Source: Gordius albopunctatus
Taxonomy: Eukaryota
Length of the DNA: 64,000 nt
Direction: 5' to 3'
NCBI GenBank assembly: GCA_964276515.1
Contig: OZ193910.1
Coordinates: forward strand, 2,418,001 to 2,482,000
The notes beneath the pieces are model-generated. The model saw only the letters and a list, made by a program, of their open reading frames with translations, was not told the DNA's origin and did no database searches. The first letter of the stretch is position 1. Every line of letters starts with the position of its first letter. Positions 1-13,600 of this stretch are shown one piece after another. Both the position numbers and the translations under genes were made by a program.

Positions 1-2417
1 GGTTATTTGATGCACTTAATGATACGAAGTGTTGCCTATTACAAAAATACCTGTCTAAAAACCATCAACGCCCTTGATTTTATTTTCGTACGGGGGGATA
101 TAATTTCAAAAAGGGGGCAGAGCCTTAAACTATAATGTCTATGAGAGCAACGAGAGTAGCGAAGACATGTAAATGGTCAGGGAGGGAGTAAGTTGCACGC
201 GAAGGAAGGAGAGGGAAAGAGCGTTAATTTTAAAAAGCTTTGATTTATCACCCTTTTCTCTCCAACTCGTGTGCGGGAGGAGAGTCAAGATGTTCAAACA
301 AATAGAGAAACGCTGTAAGTTTTTTTGGATAAATATTTTGGACTCTAAATTAGTTGTATTATAACTGCTACGGCTTCCACCTTATTTCAGCTTACAAGAA
401 CTGTCGCCACTCATCCACACTACACACATTGCCTTATGTCAAAATATTTTAGTAATAAAAATGTCTATATTTACATGAAGCTTATATCATATTATTAAAA
501 ACCCGGGTTGTAGTATAGTATTTGCCCATTTATATTGTGTTTTTAAAGAAAATAAAAATACAAACGTGTGTGAATATTTTAATCATTTTATTCTTACCTT
601 ATTTTATTCCAATTTATTAATTCTGAATATTTCAATATATTTTACCCCAATATTTAATTCATAAATTCCGCGTAATAATGATGAGGTCCGTGAAAAATAT
701 TATGCGAAAAAAGTTTTTATATATCGGTAAAAAACGAACTGTGTGTTAAAGTACAAAAGATCTTATTAATGCACGCTTGACTTGCACGTGCAGCTGGCAA
801 GTCACGCGTTTAACAAAGCGAGGGGGAGAGAGGGGAGGGGGGGAAGACGCTCATAGGAAGATGCGCATCGGAGACTGCGCATGGGAGATTGCGCATAAGT
901 GGTTGCGCATGCACAACCACAACAGTTTTTTAAATACCAGTACTATTACGCTCTATTCAAATTTATTTAAATTTTAAAACACGAGCAAATTAGCATTCTA
1001 ATAAAAAATAATGAAACATTCATTAGTAAATAGAGTGATCAATACTAAACTCGATTTAAAGTTAGTCTATATATAGCTATTATAAATATTTGAGAAATAA
1101 TTGATAAAAATAAAAATTCAAATATATAATAAATTAACTTATAATTGATATTTTTGACTAAGTATAGTGCAAATTTCCAATGAACTTTATGTTTATATTT
1201 AGATGTTTTGGTACAAGTAATAAAAGTAATATTAAAAATATTACATATTATAATTACAATTTATTTTAATGGAACAATAATAAAAGTCATTATTATTATT
1301 TAGGTTATCCATTCATTTTTTAGTTATACTATTGACTTTTTTTAACCATCTAACAAAGATCGTTTAGAATTTATTGCATAATTTATCAGAATTAAATATT
1401 TAATGAAATTATAAAGTACATTGATTGAGGAAGATTTGATAAAATTACAATTGAACCAATCGAAATTATCGAAAGGTTAAGAATTTTGGCGGAAAAATTT
1501 TATTTTTTATGGAGGGCCTATTAATTTCTGATCAAGAAGAGAAGAGCCTTTACCAGTTATTTATAATTGTACTTACGCCCTTAAAATTAATATGAATTCT
1601 CAAAATCTTAAATTCTGAAACGAAATATATTTCATATATAAAATGGTAGATTAAAAAATCGAGCAAAGCACAAAATAAAAACTGCGATCGGAGAACTAGG
1701 GCAATATGTATATATAAATTTGAATGCTGGATCCTTCTAATTCACTTGGTTTCCTTCGAATTCCCAATGCGATGGTAATTAATTTATATGCAAGTGCGAT
1801 TAATGGGGAGCAGGCTACAGTACGGAGAAAATCATAATCTTATTTATATGCAAAAACTTCCAATGTTCGCTTAATAGCACCATCTTCACTAGCAAGCGGC
1901 ATTTAACAGAGAGAGAGGAGGAGGGAAAAGTGGGAATAAATCAAAAACAGCCTCCTCCGACTCGAGTGTTGACCTCTCTTAGTACGGTCTTCTGACCTGA
2001 ATTCATGACAGACAGCAGACGTTTTGCTCTGGTAGATTTTTCGGGCATAAGTATTGAACCATTTCTTTGGAAGACGCAATTGGGTTCGCACTTATATTGG
2101 AACGGAGTATGTCTTTCGCAACAGTTTTCTCTGTGTTCGCATTCTACTTTTTAGCATCTGATTTAGTATCTCACCGTCTTTCCCTTCAAGTTGCTGTGGG
2201 GGGGGCGTTTTTATAACGAAGCGATATCAACGGCTAAGGATTGACCACGTATATCTGGGCGTCGGTGGGTTTAGGATACTCCATACAAAGTTTATGTTTC
2301 ACGTAACTAAAAGTAATTTCCTTGCTTTCCCCCAATAGAGTAGGCAGGCAGGCCGCTTCCCAATGAGAGCGCTAGTTTCTCGACCACACGAATAAATATA
2401 TTTTCGTTAAATTATCA

Positions 2418-3079
2418 GTGACATCGATAGACCACATCTTAGTCATCGGCGCCGAAACGAGCACCAGTGTCACTAAAAAATTGAAAAGCTACTCCGCCTA
2501 CCATAGTCATAAACTCCTCTACGGTAATATTGGATCTGACTACGAAGATATTACCTTTTCTCGAACAACGTGTGACGTTCCGGTAACCAAATATATAAAT
2601 CACACCACGCGCAACCAGCAAAAATTATTGCCCGTCCAGGAAATCCGACCTGATCAAACCTACTTAGAGGTGATACGGCGTATAGCCAAAAACAGTTCAA
2701 TACGGGCATTATGCCTCCGAATATGAATTCACAACTGGGTTCAACGTGCGCGTATGCAATAATAAATTTCTTCCCGGATCATCGTCGCATAGGCACTGCT
2801 CTGTACTGGTAGTATTTCTTCGGGCTTCGATATACACTTTCTATGCACCGGCATTACCCTTCAACGCATATTGACCACACTGCCCTGTATAGACAACTTT
2901 TATGCATAACGTTAAGTACCATCTCGTAGTTTTGTCCCCCCGCCATCTTCCAATCATAAAGCAGATATTGACTGAATTTTTCAAGATTCGCTAAAGCGGC
3001 GCCCCATTTTCGCAATCCCCTCTACCAGCTGATCAATCAAGTCCCATGACGGACGACGATTGACCAAGCGTCAATCATA

Positions 3080-3090
<11 letters not shown>
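2418..3090 (+). mobile_element. Highly degraded LINE ORF2 remnant (end of APE endonuclease to start of RT)
   Basis: The ORF at 2418 has SIDHILV...HSHKLL, resembling the APE C-terminal IDH/SDH motifs. About 3000-3090 reads LYQLINQV*..ASIIPIY, resembling the RT N-terminal L..LIN...A.IIPIYK motif. Confidence 0.4.

Positions 3091-3112
<22 letters not shown>
3085..3112. repeat. (TA)n microsatellite
   Basis: About 14 TA units read directly. Confidence 0.95.
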
Positions 3113-3114
<2 letters not shown>

Positions 3115-3269
3115 CGGCATCTTTAGGCAACATCGTAAAATTGTGATCTTGAAAGAAAAGTATTTCCCGAAAGAAAGAGGGTTTATTAACCTCGAATTCG
3201 AAACGCTAAGGGATACTTCGACAACGATAAATATTATCAAAAAAGCCTCCTCACTCTTGGGTGCAAGTT

Positions 3270-4199
3270 GCAAAGAAACGTAGACAACGACTGGGAGACG
3301 CTAACTAAAGACATAAGGCAGTAGCGACTCCGGTTCTTGGATAGACTAAAGGAGGCAAAGCTATGAATAAAGAGAAATGGTGGTGGGATCAAACGATTTG
3401 GGATGTGGGTCGCATAAATCAAAAATGTCGGAGGATATACAAGAGTATAATGAGGCAAAGAGAGCCGCAAAAAAGGCCGTTGCAATAGCGAAGAATATCG
3501 CGTACACCGAGGTGGCAAACAAACTGGACCATAAAGGGGTCGAGAGGCTTATGTACAAATTCGCCAAAATAAGGGAGAAGAGAAGTTGCGATTTCGGAGT
3601 CCTTTAAATAGTCAAAAACGAGAAGGGTAAAAGCTTAAGCCGAAGGAAGTGATGGAAAGGTGGAAAGAATATTTCAAGGAACTTATGAATACTACAATGA
3701 CAAAGATTCCCTACCTGATATTCAGCCAAAATTAAATATGGTCGATATTTTTAAGGAGGATGAATTTAGGACACAAATGAACAAGATACAAAAAAGAAAA
3801 GTTAATGGTCCAGATGGAACTATGGAAGCATTGCTTGGATGGCTTGAAGAATAAGTCGCGACCATGACGAATCTCTTTAACAAGATATTGTATTGATAGA
3901 TAAGCGAATTCTTAATCAATAGTGAACAAGCACAAATATACCTTTATTCAATGGTAAAGGACCATCAGAAGTGTGGCAATTAGAGGGGTATCAAGCTAAC
4001 TTGCCACTCCTTGATTATGGATAGGATCTTAATAACAAAGTTGAAAAACGAGGTGGAAATATAGGCTAAACTACTCGAATTTGTTGCCGGCAGATCCACA
4101 ATCGACCCAATCTTCGCACTAAAACAAAAGATGGATAAATATGGTGAAAAGAGAAGAGACCTACATATGTTCTTTATGGACCTGGAAAAACCTTATGAC
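3270..4199 (+). mobile_element. RTE-clade non-LTR retrotransposon fragment (linker + RT N-terminal half), pseudogenised
   Basis: Across frames: KEKWWW, YNEAKRAAKKAVAIAK, K.NGPDG, C.N.RGIKL, GRSTIDPIFAL, DLEK.YD. Multiple stops and frameshifts. Confidence 0.85.
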
Positions 4200-4350
4200 T
4201 AGTGATGCGTAAAAACCGAGAAAATATTCGGTTTCGGCTCGTCCCAAAAAACCGAGAAGAGACGAGAATTTGAAAAACTAATCCGAGCTCGATAAAAATT
4301 TCGATGTCGAGACGAGACGACACGAAATTTTTTGGGCGATATCTCGGCTT
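4200..4350. mobile_element. hAT-like DNA transposon end truncating the RTE fragment
   Basis: Starts TAGTGATG, followed by clustered CCGAGA/GACGAG subterminal motifs; no matching other end found. Confidence 0.45.
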
Positions 4351-6005
4351 TTTATTGGTCATTCGATTTTGGTAAATTATTGTGTACTTTAATTTGCAAT
4401 ATGATTGAAATAATTTTATATTGAACCAAGTGTTGTAAATATAATATATTTTCGCAAAAAAATTCAAAATTTGGCAGTTTCTTTACCTAAGTATGCGATT
4501 AATGTATTAATATATTTATCACATATGTGTATCCATTATTAAATATTACAAATATTTAGGTTTAGAATGAGTTCTGGTGGAGTAGTAAATATTACTAAAG
4601 CATATTTGAATTTCGCACTTTTTCATCCTGCATGAAGCTGTAATATTAAATTGGTGGTCAATTAGTTTGAATTATACAAGTTAAGCCAATGTTCGGAATT
4701 TTTTGATTACTCTATCGTCATTTGTGCCTGCCTAACGATTTCAAAAGTATAATTAGTATTCGATGACACCATAATAGATTAAGTCATAAGTTCTCTAAAT
4801 AGGCTTTAGCTAATAGTATACCTCCTAAATTTTTGAACCTTAAGAAGACATTAGCTGAATACATTGTTTTGTCCTATGTATTACTTTTCACATTATAAAC
4901 TGAGGTTGGCAGGTGCATTTAAATTTACCATAATTTATATAAATAAATGTGGCAATTGTGCAATATAAAATAATTACACTAACTAATATTGTATTAGATA
5001 AATTAATATTTAATGGGAAAGCTAGTTAGAATTGGAAGGTATATATTTAGAATACAAATTTGATTATAATGATTTTGGTCATAAAATACATTACGTGTAT
5101 ACTTTAATTAAAAACTTAAAACTTATTCCTATAATTATGTTGCTTCTATTGTTGTTTTTAAAACTTTCTAATATTTGCAAATAGATATCAATTTGTTAAT
5201 AATAATATTATTATTAAAAGTATACACTTGTGGTTTATAACGTTGTAGACATGCAATAAACTCTATGGGCTATAATTGATGATGGCAATATCAATAAACT
5301 AAAACTTTTGCCTTAAATATGTTAAACAAAGGGTCTTTTGTGAGAAAAATTCTAAGTCTATTTATATTTTAGACACAGTTAATTTGATAAAATATAATTT
5401 ATTAGAACTATAAAATTTATTTATATTTTTCTAATTTGCACTTTCAAAAGAAATATGGTTAAAGTTAAAAAATAAAAAAATTTAAGATAATTAAGCTATG
5501 CTCGCTAAATTTGTCTCAACTCTATAGCTGCCGTATTATTTTAATTAGTGATCAGAAAAATTTAATAATCAAATGAGTAACCTTTCTGCAAAGTTCACGG
5601 CTAACCTTATGTCGGGCTTAACTAAGTTATTTTTGTAATTCTGATGAGTTTAAAATATTTTTTTGCTCCAAAATTTAGAAACTGGTCAATTTAGGGTAAA
5701 AGTTAAAAAAATAGCCTTTTCGCGTTTGGGTTAAAAGTAATTCATTAAAAACTCTCTTTTGCTATTACTCTTTTTTGACTAGGTTATGAACAAATTAATT
5801 TCTTCTAAAAGAAGATTGATTATTTTCTTTCCTTACCTACTCCCAAGAAACCTTAAAGGTTACGTGAAGGATTAAAGCTAGGACATTCCATCGACATAAT
5901 TAACTGCAAATTTAAAAACTTGCTGCAAACATAAATTTATAAAAAACTTAAGAATTTTAGATTTATATTAAAGATATTTGTCTTATTGTCGATGTATACT
6001 ATAAG

Positions 6006-6311
6006 CATAGACTAATTAACTATAGACTGCCGAACAGCTTATTTTTACTATCAAAATCATTCATGCACCAAAATAGCTGCCATATTGTAGGAAATACTCA
6101 ACAGGTATATTTATACTTCTCCACGATAAAATATTGAAGAAAATAAATAAGACTAATAGTTTAACTTATAAATTAATAAAAAATAAGTAAATTAGAACAA
6201 TAAATTATGCTGAATTCTATCATTTGGTTACAATTTCCCACAAAATGGCGCTTGCTATATTTGCTGAAAAATTATCAGCTGTTCGGAAGCCTATGGTTTT
6301 ATTAGTCTATG
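6006..6311. mobile_element. hAT-type MITE
   Basis: TIRs CATAGACTAAT...CCGAACAGCT and AGCTGTTCGG...ATTAGTCTATG; 8-bp TSD ACTATAAG at 5998-6005 and 6312-6319. Confidence 0.85.
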
Positions 6312-6729
6312 ACTATAAGCCAAAATGTATCTTTCTAAAAGATCAATTGCCTCGCATGCTGTTTTACTAATTAAGAAACAAGTTTTTATATTAAAAGCTT
6401 AGATATTTTAATTAATTTATTTTGCACTATTACCTAACCAACATTTAAAGATCTTAAGTGAAAAAAATTTCAAATAATTTTTCCTACAGGTTCTATTAGT
6501 TTATTGTGGGGCACACATAGAGACCTGCAAAATCTATTTTTTAAGGCCCGACCCGAGCCCGGAATTTAAAATAAAAAAATCAAACCCGGCCCGGGCCCGA
6601 ATTTTAGTATTTTTAAAAACAAGGCCTGGTCCGGAATTTTAGTAATTGCAGAAACTTAATCAAACTTAATTTTGGTAAAAATTTTTTATTAAATAGTAAA
6701 ACGCACATAATAAAATTATAAATCGATAA

Positions 6730-6951
6730 AAATAATCCATTTTGATGCAAAAAAATACAGGCATCAAAAGTTTCCATGTTTAAATTTGTTCTCTGCTCTT
6801 CATAAATGAGGCCCGCTGACGAAGAACACCTTTCACTCGAGGCAAAAGCAGGTGTCGAAAAAATCTTACAAACAAGAGGGCTAAGCGCTGGAAATGACCA
6901 CTGTGGTCTTTCCACCAATCCGATAATTCTATTTTTTTCTGTCAATTTCAT
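6730..6951 (-). pseudogene. hAT transposase C-terminal dimerisation-domain remnant
   Basis: FPALSPLVCKIFSTPAFASSERCSSSAGLIYEEQRTNLNMETFDACIFLHQN fits the hATC pattern FP.L..LA....S.PA.S..SER.FS.AG.....R..L. Confidence 0.85.
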
Positions 6952-7384
6952 TTTCCTCTACATCTTACTTCATTTAAGATGTTTTATGCCATGTCCTTCC
7001 ACAAAAATGGGCTATTGAGAATATGAGATCTTTTTTGATTTTTGCAGGGCTTGTAAGTTTTGCTAAAAGTGGCTTGCATAGGTAATTGTTCAATTTTTAT
7101 TTTCCTCGACTTCTTTACAGCATTTGTGCCTGTGGAGATGATTGTTCCATATTAAGCATTATCAAAACTAACATAAATAATTACTTAGGCCCGGACTGGA
7201 ATTTTAATGCCTCAAAATTTACAGCCCCGGCTTTTCCGGGCCGGGCCTCGGGCCGCCCATGCAGGTCTCTCATCATCACACAAGATATGTAAATATAAAT
7301 AATTTGTCTTTGACATACAATTATATAGGTCAAACATGAAGCAAAATTTGCGTTATAATTAAAATACTTAATTAAATACATCAT

Positions 7385-7456
7385 GGCTCGTTGGTCTAGC
7401 GGTATGATTCTCGCTTTGGGTGCGAGAGGTCCCGGGTTCAATCCCCGGACGGGCCC
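7385..7456 (+). tRNA. tRNA-Pro (anticodon TGG)
   Basis: 72-nt cloverleaf GGCTCGTTGGTCTAG...CTCGC-TT-TGG-GT-GCGAG...GGTTCAATCCC...ACGGGCCC; intact A/B boxes; T-run Pol III terminator immediately downstream. Confidence 0.97.
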
Positions 7457-8127
7457 ATTTTTTAAATATTTTATGGAATGGTTTTCATTAATGAAAAACC
7501 TAGACAATGTTAATGACATTAAATGACGTAAAATTTATTGACACGTTTAAAAAGTAGAGTATGAGTGAATATTTATAAATAGGTATTTATCAAATGTATG
7601 TAAAAACAAATATTTTTTTATAAAAATCATATTAAGGCATAGGCAGTAGTTAACAATAATTAAACTTTACTTAGATTGCAGTATTCTTTCACATTATGGA
7701 TCAAACTTTAATTTGGATGAATAAAGATGATTTTCTGCTTTAAATTTAAAGCAAATTATACTTTGGAATTAATGTGGGACTTTCAAACTTTCTTAATGGG
7801 TAGAGAAAAATTTAATAAAACTGTTGCCTCTTGCAATATTAAAAAATCAAGGGTAACGTAAGGAAGGATATAAATTTGAGCATAGCCGTTTCAAGAACTG
7901 AATTGTTAAGGGTTAAGAGGTTGTTATTGTAATTTCTTTAATAATATCCACCCATAATCAATTTTATTTTTAAATGTAAAGGGAGAGCGGGGCGCTATTT
8001 CCCTGACTACGATTATGAGCTAAATTGAAATAGTGTACTAATATAGTTTAAGCGGAGTAATTAGTAAGAATGTATTTAAATTAAGTGTGTTATCAAAAAT
8101 CATGTTATATCTCCTACCGATATGGAT

Positions 8128-8275
8128 CAGTGTTGCAAAAACGGCTGGGTTTTGATTGGTCGACCTTTGGTCTCAGTCGCCTAAAAATAAGCAGACCAAA
8201 AGTTTTTTAGTCTGTTTTTCTTAGTTGACCTCTAGGGCTTAGTCGAAATTTGAAAAACAGACCAGAGTAGACCGT
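8128..8275. mobile_element. Fragment of a CAGTGTTGCAAAAACGGCTG MITE family
   Basis: Related sequence recurs at about 29020, 30470, 50020-50110, 51793-51900 and 52625-52787. Confidence 0.6.
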
Positions 8276-10616
8276 TTTCCCTGGACTTCCTTACAGCATT
8301 TGTGCCTTTGGAGATGATTGTTCCATATTAAGCATTATCAAAACTAACATAATTAATTACCTGGTGATTAAGAATTATAGGATAACACATTATTGCAAAT
8401 CTTACAAAAAACAAAATCTAATTTCTTATAATCTTTTCCATACTTCACTCTTTTCTCTAAGATTTTCTTTTACTTTATAAAATTCTTTATGAATATTTTC
8501 ACCTATTAGCAGTAGATTTTTTTTTGTTCTATACTTAATTGTTTGTATATTAGAATAAGCGCGAAACAAATAAATGAGTGTTTAACAGATTCAATAACTT
8601 ATAATTATTTTTTTGAAATTTTATTGATTGTTTTAAACGGAATAAAAGATTACTTAGGCTATTCTAAATTACTTCGGGCAAAGTCTCAAAATTTAAGGCC
8701 CGGGCTTTTCCGGGCCGGCCGCGCCTCGTGCCGTCCAGGCAGGTCTCTAGGCACACAATTATTACACAATAATTTAGTCGATGTGCTTTTTAACTAACTC
8801 AAGGCTAAAAATGATATTAGATATGTTAATCGTTTCTCTGCTTGAAATTTATCTAGCTCCCTTTACTAGTTCCTCTCTTTAAAAAGTATCTATGGTCGTA
8901 GACATTGGAATTTGAGGGGGGGCAATAATAACTTGGGGAGGGGCGAAAATATATTTTTTTGAAATTTAAGCCATAAATTTTTTACATTTAAAAAAGGTAA
9001 TAAATTTAAAGGGGGGCCCCTTCCTCGCCTGGCTAAGCCTGAGTTTAGATCCCATTTTGGGCAAAAAAGTATCTATAAACCAGTCTCTTTAACAACCCTG
9101 TAAATATAATATAGCCAAAATTCAAACGTTGCATTAACATTTTCAAAATCTCTCCCTAAATTTAATTATCATTGAATCTAAAAAGTTATATTGTTATTGC
9201 ACTTTTGGCATGTGTGTAATATCATAATAACTTAATTTTGTATCAGTATATTTATTTTTGTCACAATATAGATAGTTAAGTTCCTATCATATAATTTTGT
9301 GGCATATGACTCTTAAATTTTGTGAGATCTTTCTAAAACAAGTTGGAAGAGTCATTAAAGCGGTATGAAAAATTGTTCATACAAATTAAAATTTTATAGG
9401 CATCAATACAGCAAAAGATTTTGTATTGATATTAATATAGTATCAATGACACTTGAAAGCTTAAAATTTTAATTCTATGAAGTCAAAACATTTTTTGTGT
9501 GGTAAGATTAATAAAAAATCTAGATGACATAATTATAATTTCAAGTAAAAATGATTTCTAATGAATATTTTTTGTGAAAAATTAATATTAAGTATAAGCA
9601 GATTAAATGTAAATTTACTGGACTTGCATTAATATTAATATAAACTTCTTAAATAATATTGATGAAAAATAGTGATTTAGGATACAAATAATAGGGTGTC
9701 TCCCAAATGTAATATATTGGATGTTCAATAGTCTATCGACGTTTAAAGTCTTATCTCATCTTCAATCAGTTAGATGACAACGGCTAGCGATAAATGCGAT
9801 TCGATTATTATTATAATACATCATTGGCTATGTCAATTCCCTAAAAAATCAATGAACCAACACAACTAAAAAATATTTGTGCAACCAAAGGCTAAATAAT
9901 TTATTTATAGGAAACGACACGTTTCGAATGTTTAATGTAAAAATAGTCTCCATGTCTGAACTTCTTCACGTGATTAGCGTAATTTCTATTCATAATTGGT
10001 CGTGTAATAATTAAAGTGGCACAAAATGAATTTTATAAACATTAAACTTGTCTGTTATACCTCAAAACATACTACGCTTTATATGTTATGGTGCTTTACA
10101 TTTAGTTGTGTATACTAGTCATAGAAAGTTTAAGTGTTAAATATTTAACACATTGAAAAGTATAAATATAAATAAATATACCAATTTACATAGATTGGCT
10201 AGAAGTAATAAAGTTTATTTATACTTTTAATCATGCACTCTAGCTTATTAAGATTCAAAAAAGGTCAATCAATGTAGGTTATAATTTACTAGAGTTCATA
10301 CTTTTCAAAACAAAAAAGTATAGCTAAGCACTCTTTTATTATTACATTTATCGCAGCTGCATATTAATGTCCACATCCAGGCTATCCAATTTCCGACGAC
10401 TGGCAAAAATCCACCAAAACCCCCCCTAAAGTTTCATATAAAATCGATATTTCCGTCCAACGTTCAGTTGTGCAAAGGGTCATAGGCATCTTAAGAGGCT
10501 CTAAATAACGCGATACATTTATCGGACGAGTGGCATTGTTTTATCATATTAGCTAATTCGATCGCAAAGTCTCACACGACCAATACAAATTGCATTTCTC
10601 AATTAGTCTTCCCAAA

Positions 10617-13600
10617 ATGATACTTATGAATCAGAGAGAGAATATTTATATTGCTTCGAACCGAAAAGCATTCCTATCAACCTGCTGCAATCTAATGATT
10701 TGGGTGAGCTATGTGCATGTCTGCATCACGTTAAATCAGACTTATTAATTTACAATTTATTTTCTTTATATAGCTAAAATCACCTTTTATAAAACTCAAA
10801 AATATTCTAAATTAGTTTATTAAAAAATACAATTAGACTACTTTAATTAAGGTTGTGCATAAAACTCTGATAATTAATAACTTTTGCGAACACAAAATAA
10901 GATTTTATCAAGTTTTCAAACGCGTAAAATTAAGAAAATATTTATTCTATGTAGATATTATTCGTTCTTAGTTAATATATTTGTATTTGGTATAGGCTAC
11001 GATTATTATAGGATTAAATGCAGTTCCATCATCTGAATTTTCAAACGGTATATTTCATATGATTCATATACAAAATCACTAATTACTTTTTTACCATAGT
11101 CCTATAACTTTATTAGTTTTCTTTATATAATATATCTTATTCTAAATCATTGTTCAATAGCTTTAAATACAAATCTAGATTCAAGGAGCCACAGGGCATC
11201 AATTTTCAAGCGAAGTAACTCAAACGCGTTATGTAAAGACATTTATTGCCCAAAAAACCAAGCATGCAAGATTGTCGATGGTTTCTTTCCTATATGTTCC
11301 TGTAAATCGTCATGTAAAATTCACCATGGAAAAGGGGCGATTTGTGGATCTGATGGCCGTTGGTATGCTAACCGCTGTGAACTGCATAGACAATCTTGTA
11401 ATTCTGGGGTAGATATAAAAATTCTTCCCAGGCATGAGTGCGCTCATGCTCTGGAACCTTTCGAACACACAAAGAATAATAAAAAATATACTCGTAATAA
11501 AATATAAATTGATTTTAACATATTTTTTAAAATGAACTATATTTATTTGCTTTAATCAAATGTATATTAAATGCCGTTTAAAACATTATAAGTTTGGGAT
11601 AATATATTTACAGCTAATATATTGTTAGATGTAATTACAAAACTCAATAAAAAACCAAATAAAACAGAATCTCATACAAATGGACCGAATTTGAGCTTAA
11701 CTAAATATGATATGGAAGTAATGACTCCGAAGCCAATAAAACAGATAGACAATATCGCCAGTCGTGAAATCAAATACCAAGACTTAAAATCTATTATAAA
11801 TGATGATATAGATATTTTTGAAGATGATATGGATGAGTTGAAAAATATAACACCCGAGAACTCAACACATAGATCCAACTCTGCAATAGTTAATAATAAA
11901 CATAAACGCATAGGCAACGTGTCAAACTTACACGTTAATAATTTAAAAATGAAAAGTATATTAACGTGTAGCTATTATTAAATGATTAAAGGATTATATA
12001 ATAACCAAACAAATGTTTCTGCAAGTAGAAGTATGAAACGAGATATCGATGTCATAGATACCCATATAGATAATTCGCTGGTGTTGCAAGAAAAGTTTAA
12101 GGAATTCAAGAATGATTTAAAAGAGTTTTACAAAGATCAGTACATCGACGCTAATGATCCCTTTATAAGTAATAATATTATTACAACAATTTTATTTCAA
12201 CGTATTTTATCTTGCAATTGTAAATCTAAAAATTTACTTTAACACTTCCTAAGTTATTCTTCAAATTTTTTAAAATGACGTTTTTTTATTAGACGAAGAC
12301 CCTTACACCGTTAATCTTATGTTTGGCACAATGGATATTAATAATGATAATTCAATAGCTGCAAACGAACTTACATTGTTTTATGACAGATGGTCAGAAT
12401 TTGAGAAGGGATTAAATGAATTAAATGACAAAACTTTTGATATATTGGAATTATTAGAAAAATATGATGACAATGGCGATAGTAAACTCGATGTACAAGA
12501 ATTTTACATGGCATTTGGTAAAACAGAAATTTGTACCACATTAAAATTTTAATTAAAACATTATTCTAAATAACAATTAGTTTAATATGATTTATAATTT
12601 TTTAAGCACAGTAATATTAAACTTATGTTAATATGCTAATTACGATCTTTATAGCCGAATTTGATTTACTTGAGTCAATCCGTAATTAAAAATAAAACTT
12701 AAAATATTTTCCTAATTGTCATTTATATACTCGGAGTGTTTGTGTGAATTAAAATTTTAATGCACACTTTGATAACGGATTACAAAATTTAACATTATTG
12801 TAAGCAGATTTAAAATTACCAAACATCAGTCACACCTTACTACCCACACAATATGAAAGGGTCAGAATTGGTTCCAATGTCAAATTAACCTGCAACGCTA
12901 AATACCTTACCCCAGGAAGTGTTATATGGAAGCGTTATGGAAGTCCACTGAACAACCGAGAATTACAAAATGTTAAAGTAATTAAATAAAACTTACAAAT
13001 TCAAATGCCTGCGATGATTTTTTTCATACTACTTTCAGATATTTTCGGATGGGTCATTGTACATTGTTGGAATACAACCTTACTTGAGCGGAAATTACAC
13101 TTATGAATTAGCTGAAAACAAAATGGTGTATCAAACGTATATAGTTACCGTTTTAACAAACCCCACAATTGAAATCCAACCCAAAAGCAGCCAATTAGCT
13201 AGACCAGGGTCTACAATCACAATTAAATGTCGGGCGCTTAGTTATCCACCACCAACAAAAGTTTCGTGGTTTAAAAATAACATCCCTATTCCCTTGACAG
13301 GCCATAATGAAACTACTTTAGCAAAAATTAATAACTCTACCAGCACTGAGCCAATGAAAAACTATCACTGGAATGGTTATTAACTTTTAAAAAATAATTA
13401 TATTTAATTAAGGCAACGGAACCATATGGACCATATCCGATATTCATTATTTTGACACTGGAGCTTATACATGTCAATTTGAGAGCGAGACAGATAGCGT
13501 TAAAGCACATTCGGATGTATTCGTCGTTGAAGACGACAGTGTTAATGTAGATTTTGGTAATAATAACGTCCATTTTCCCTAATTAATGCACATTATATAG

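Larger units (their letters stand above)
6518..8749 (-). mobile_element. Composite non-autonomous hAT transposon carrying a tRNA gene
   Basis: TIRs TAGAGACCTGC (6518) and GCAGGTCTCTA (ends 8749); perfect 8-bp TSD GGCACACA at 6510-6517 and 8750-8757; GCCCG/CGGGC subterminal repeats; extra internal right end at about 7260-7270. Confidence 0.85.

Noticed and set aside
1903..2091. THAP-like domain (KKW...SAVCHEF...EAV)
   Set aside because: No N-terminal C-x-C motif and wrong C/H spacing; the resemblance is too weak.
7181..7519. 112-aa minus-strand ORF
   Set aside because: Antisense reading of the tRNA gene and hAT end.
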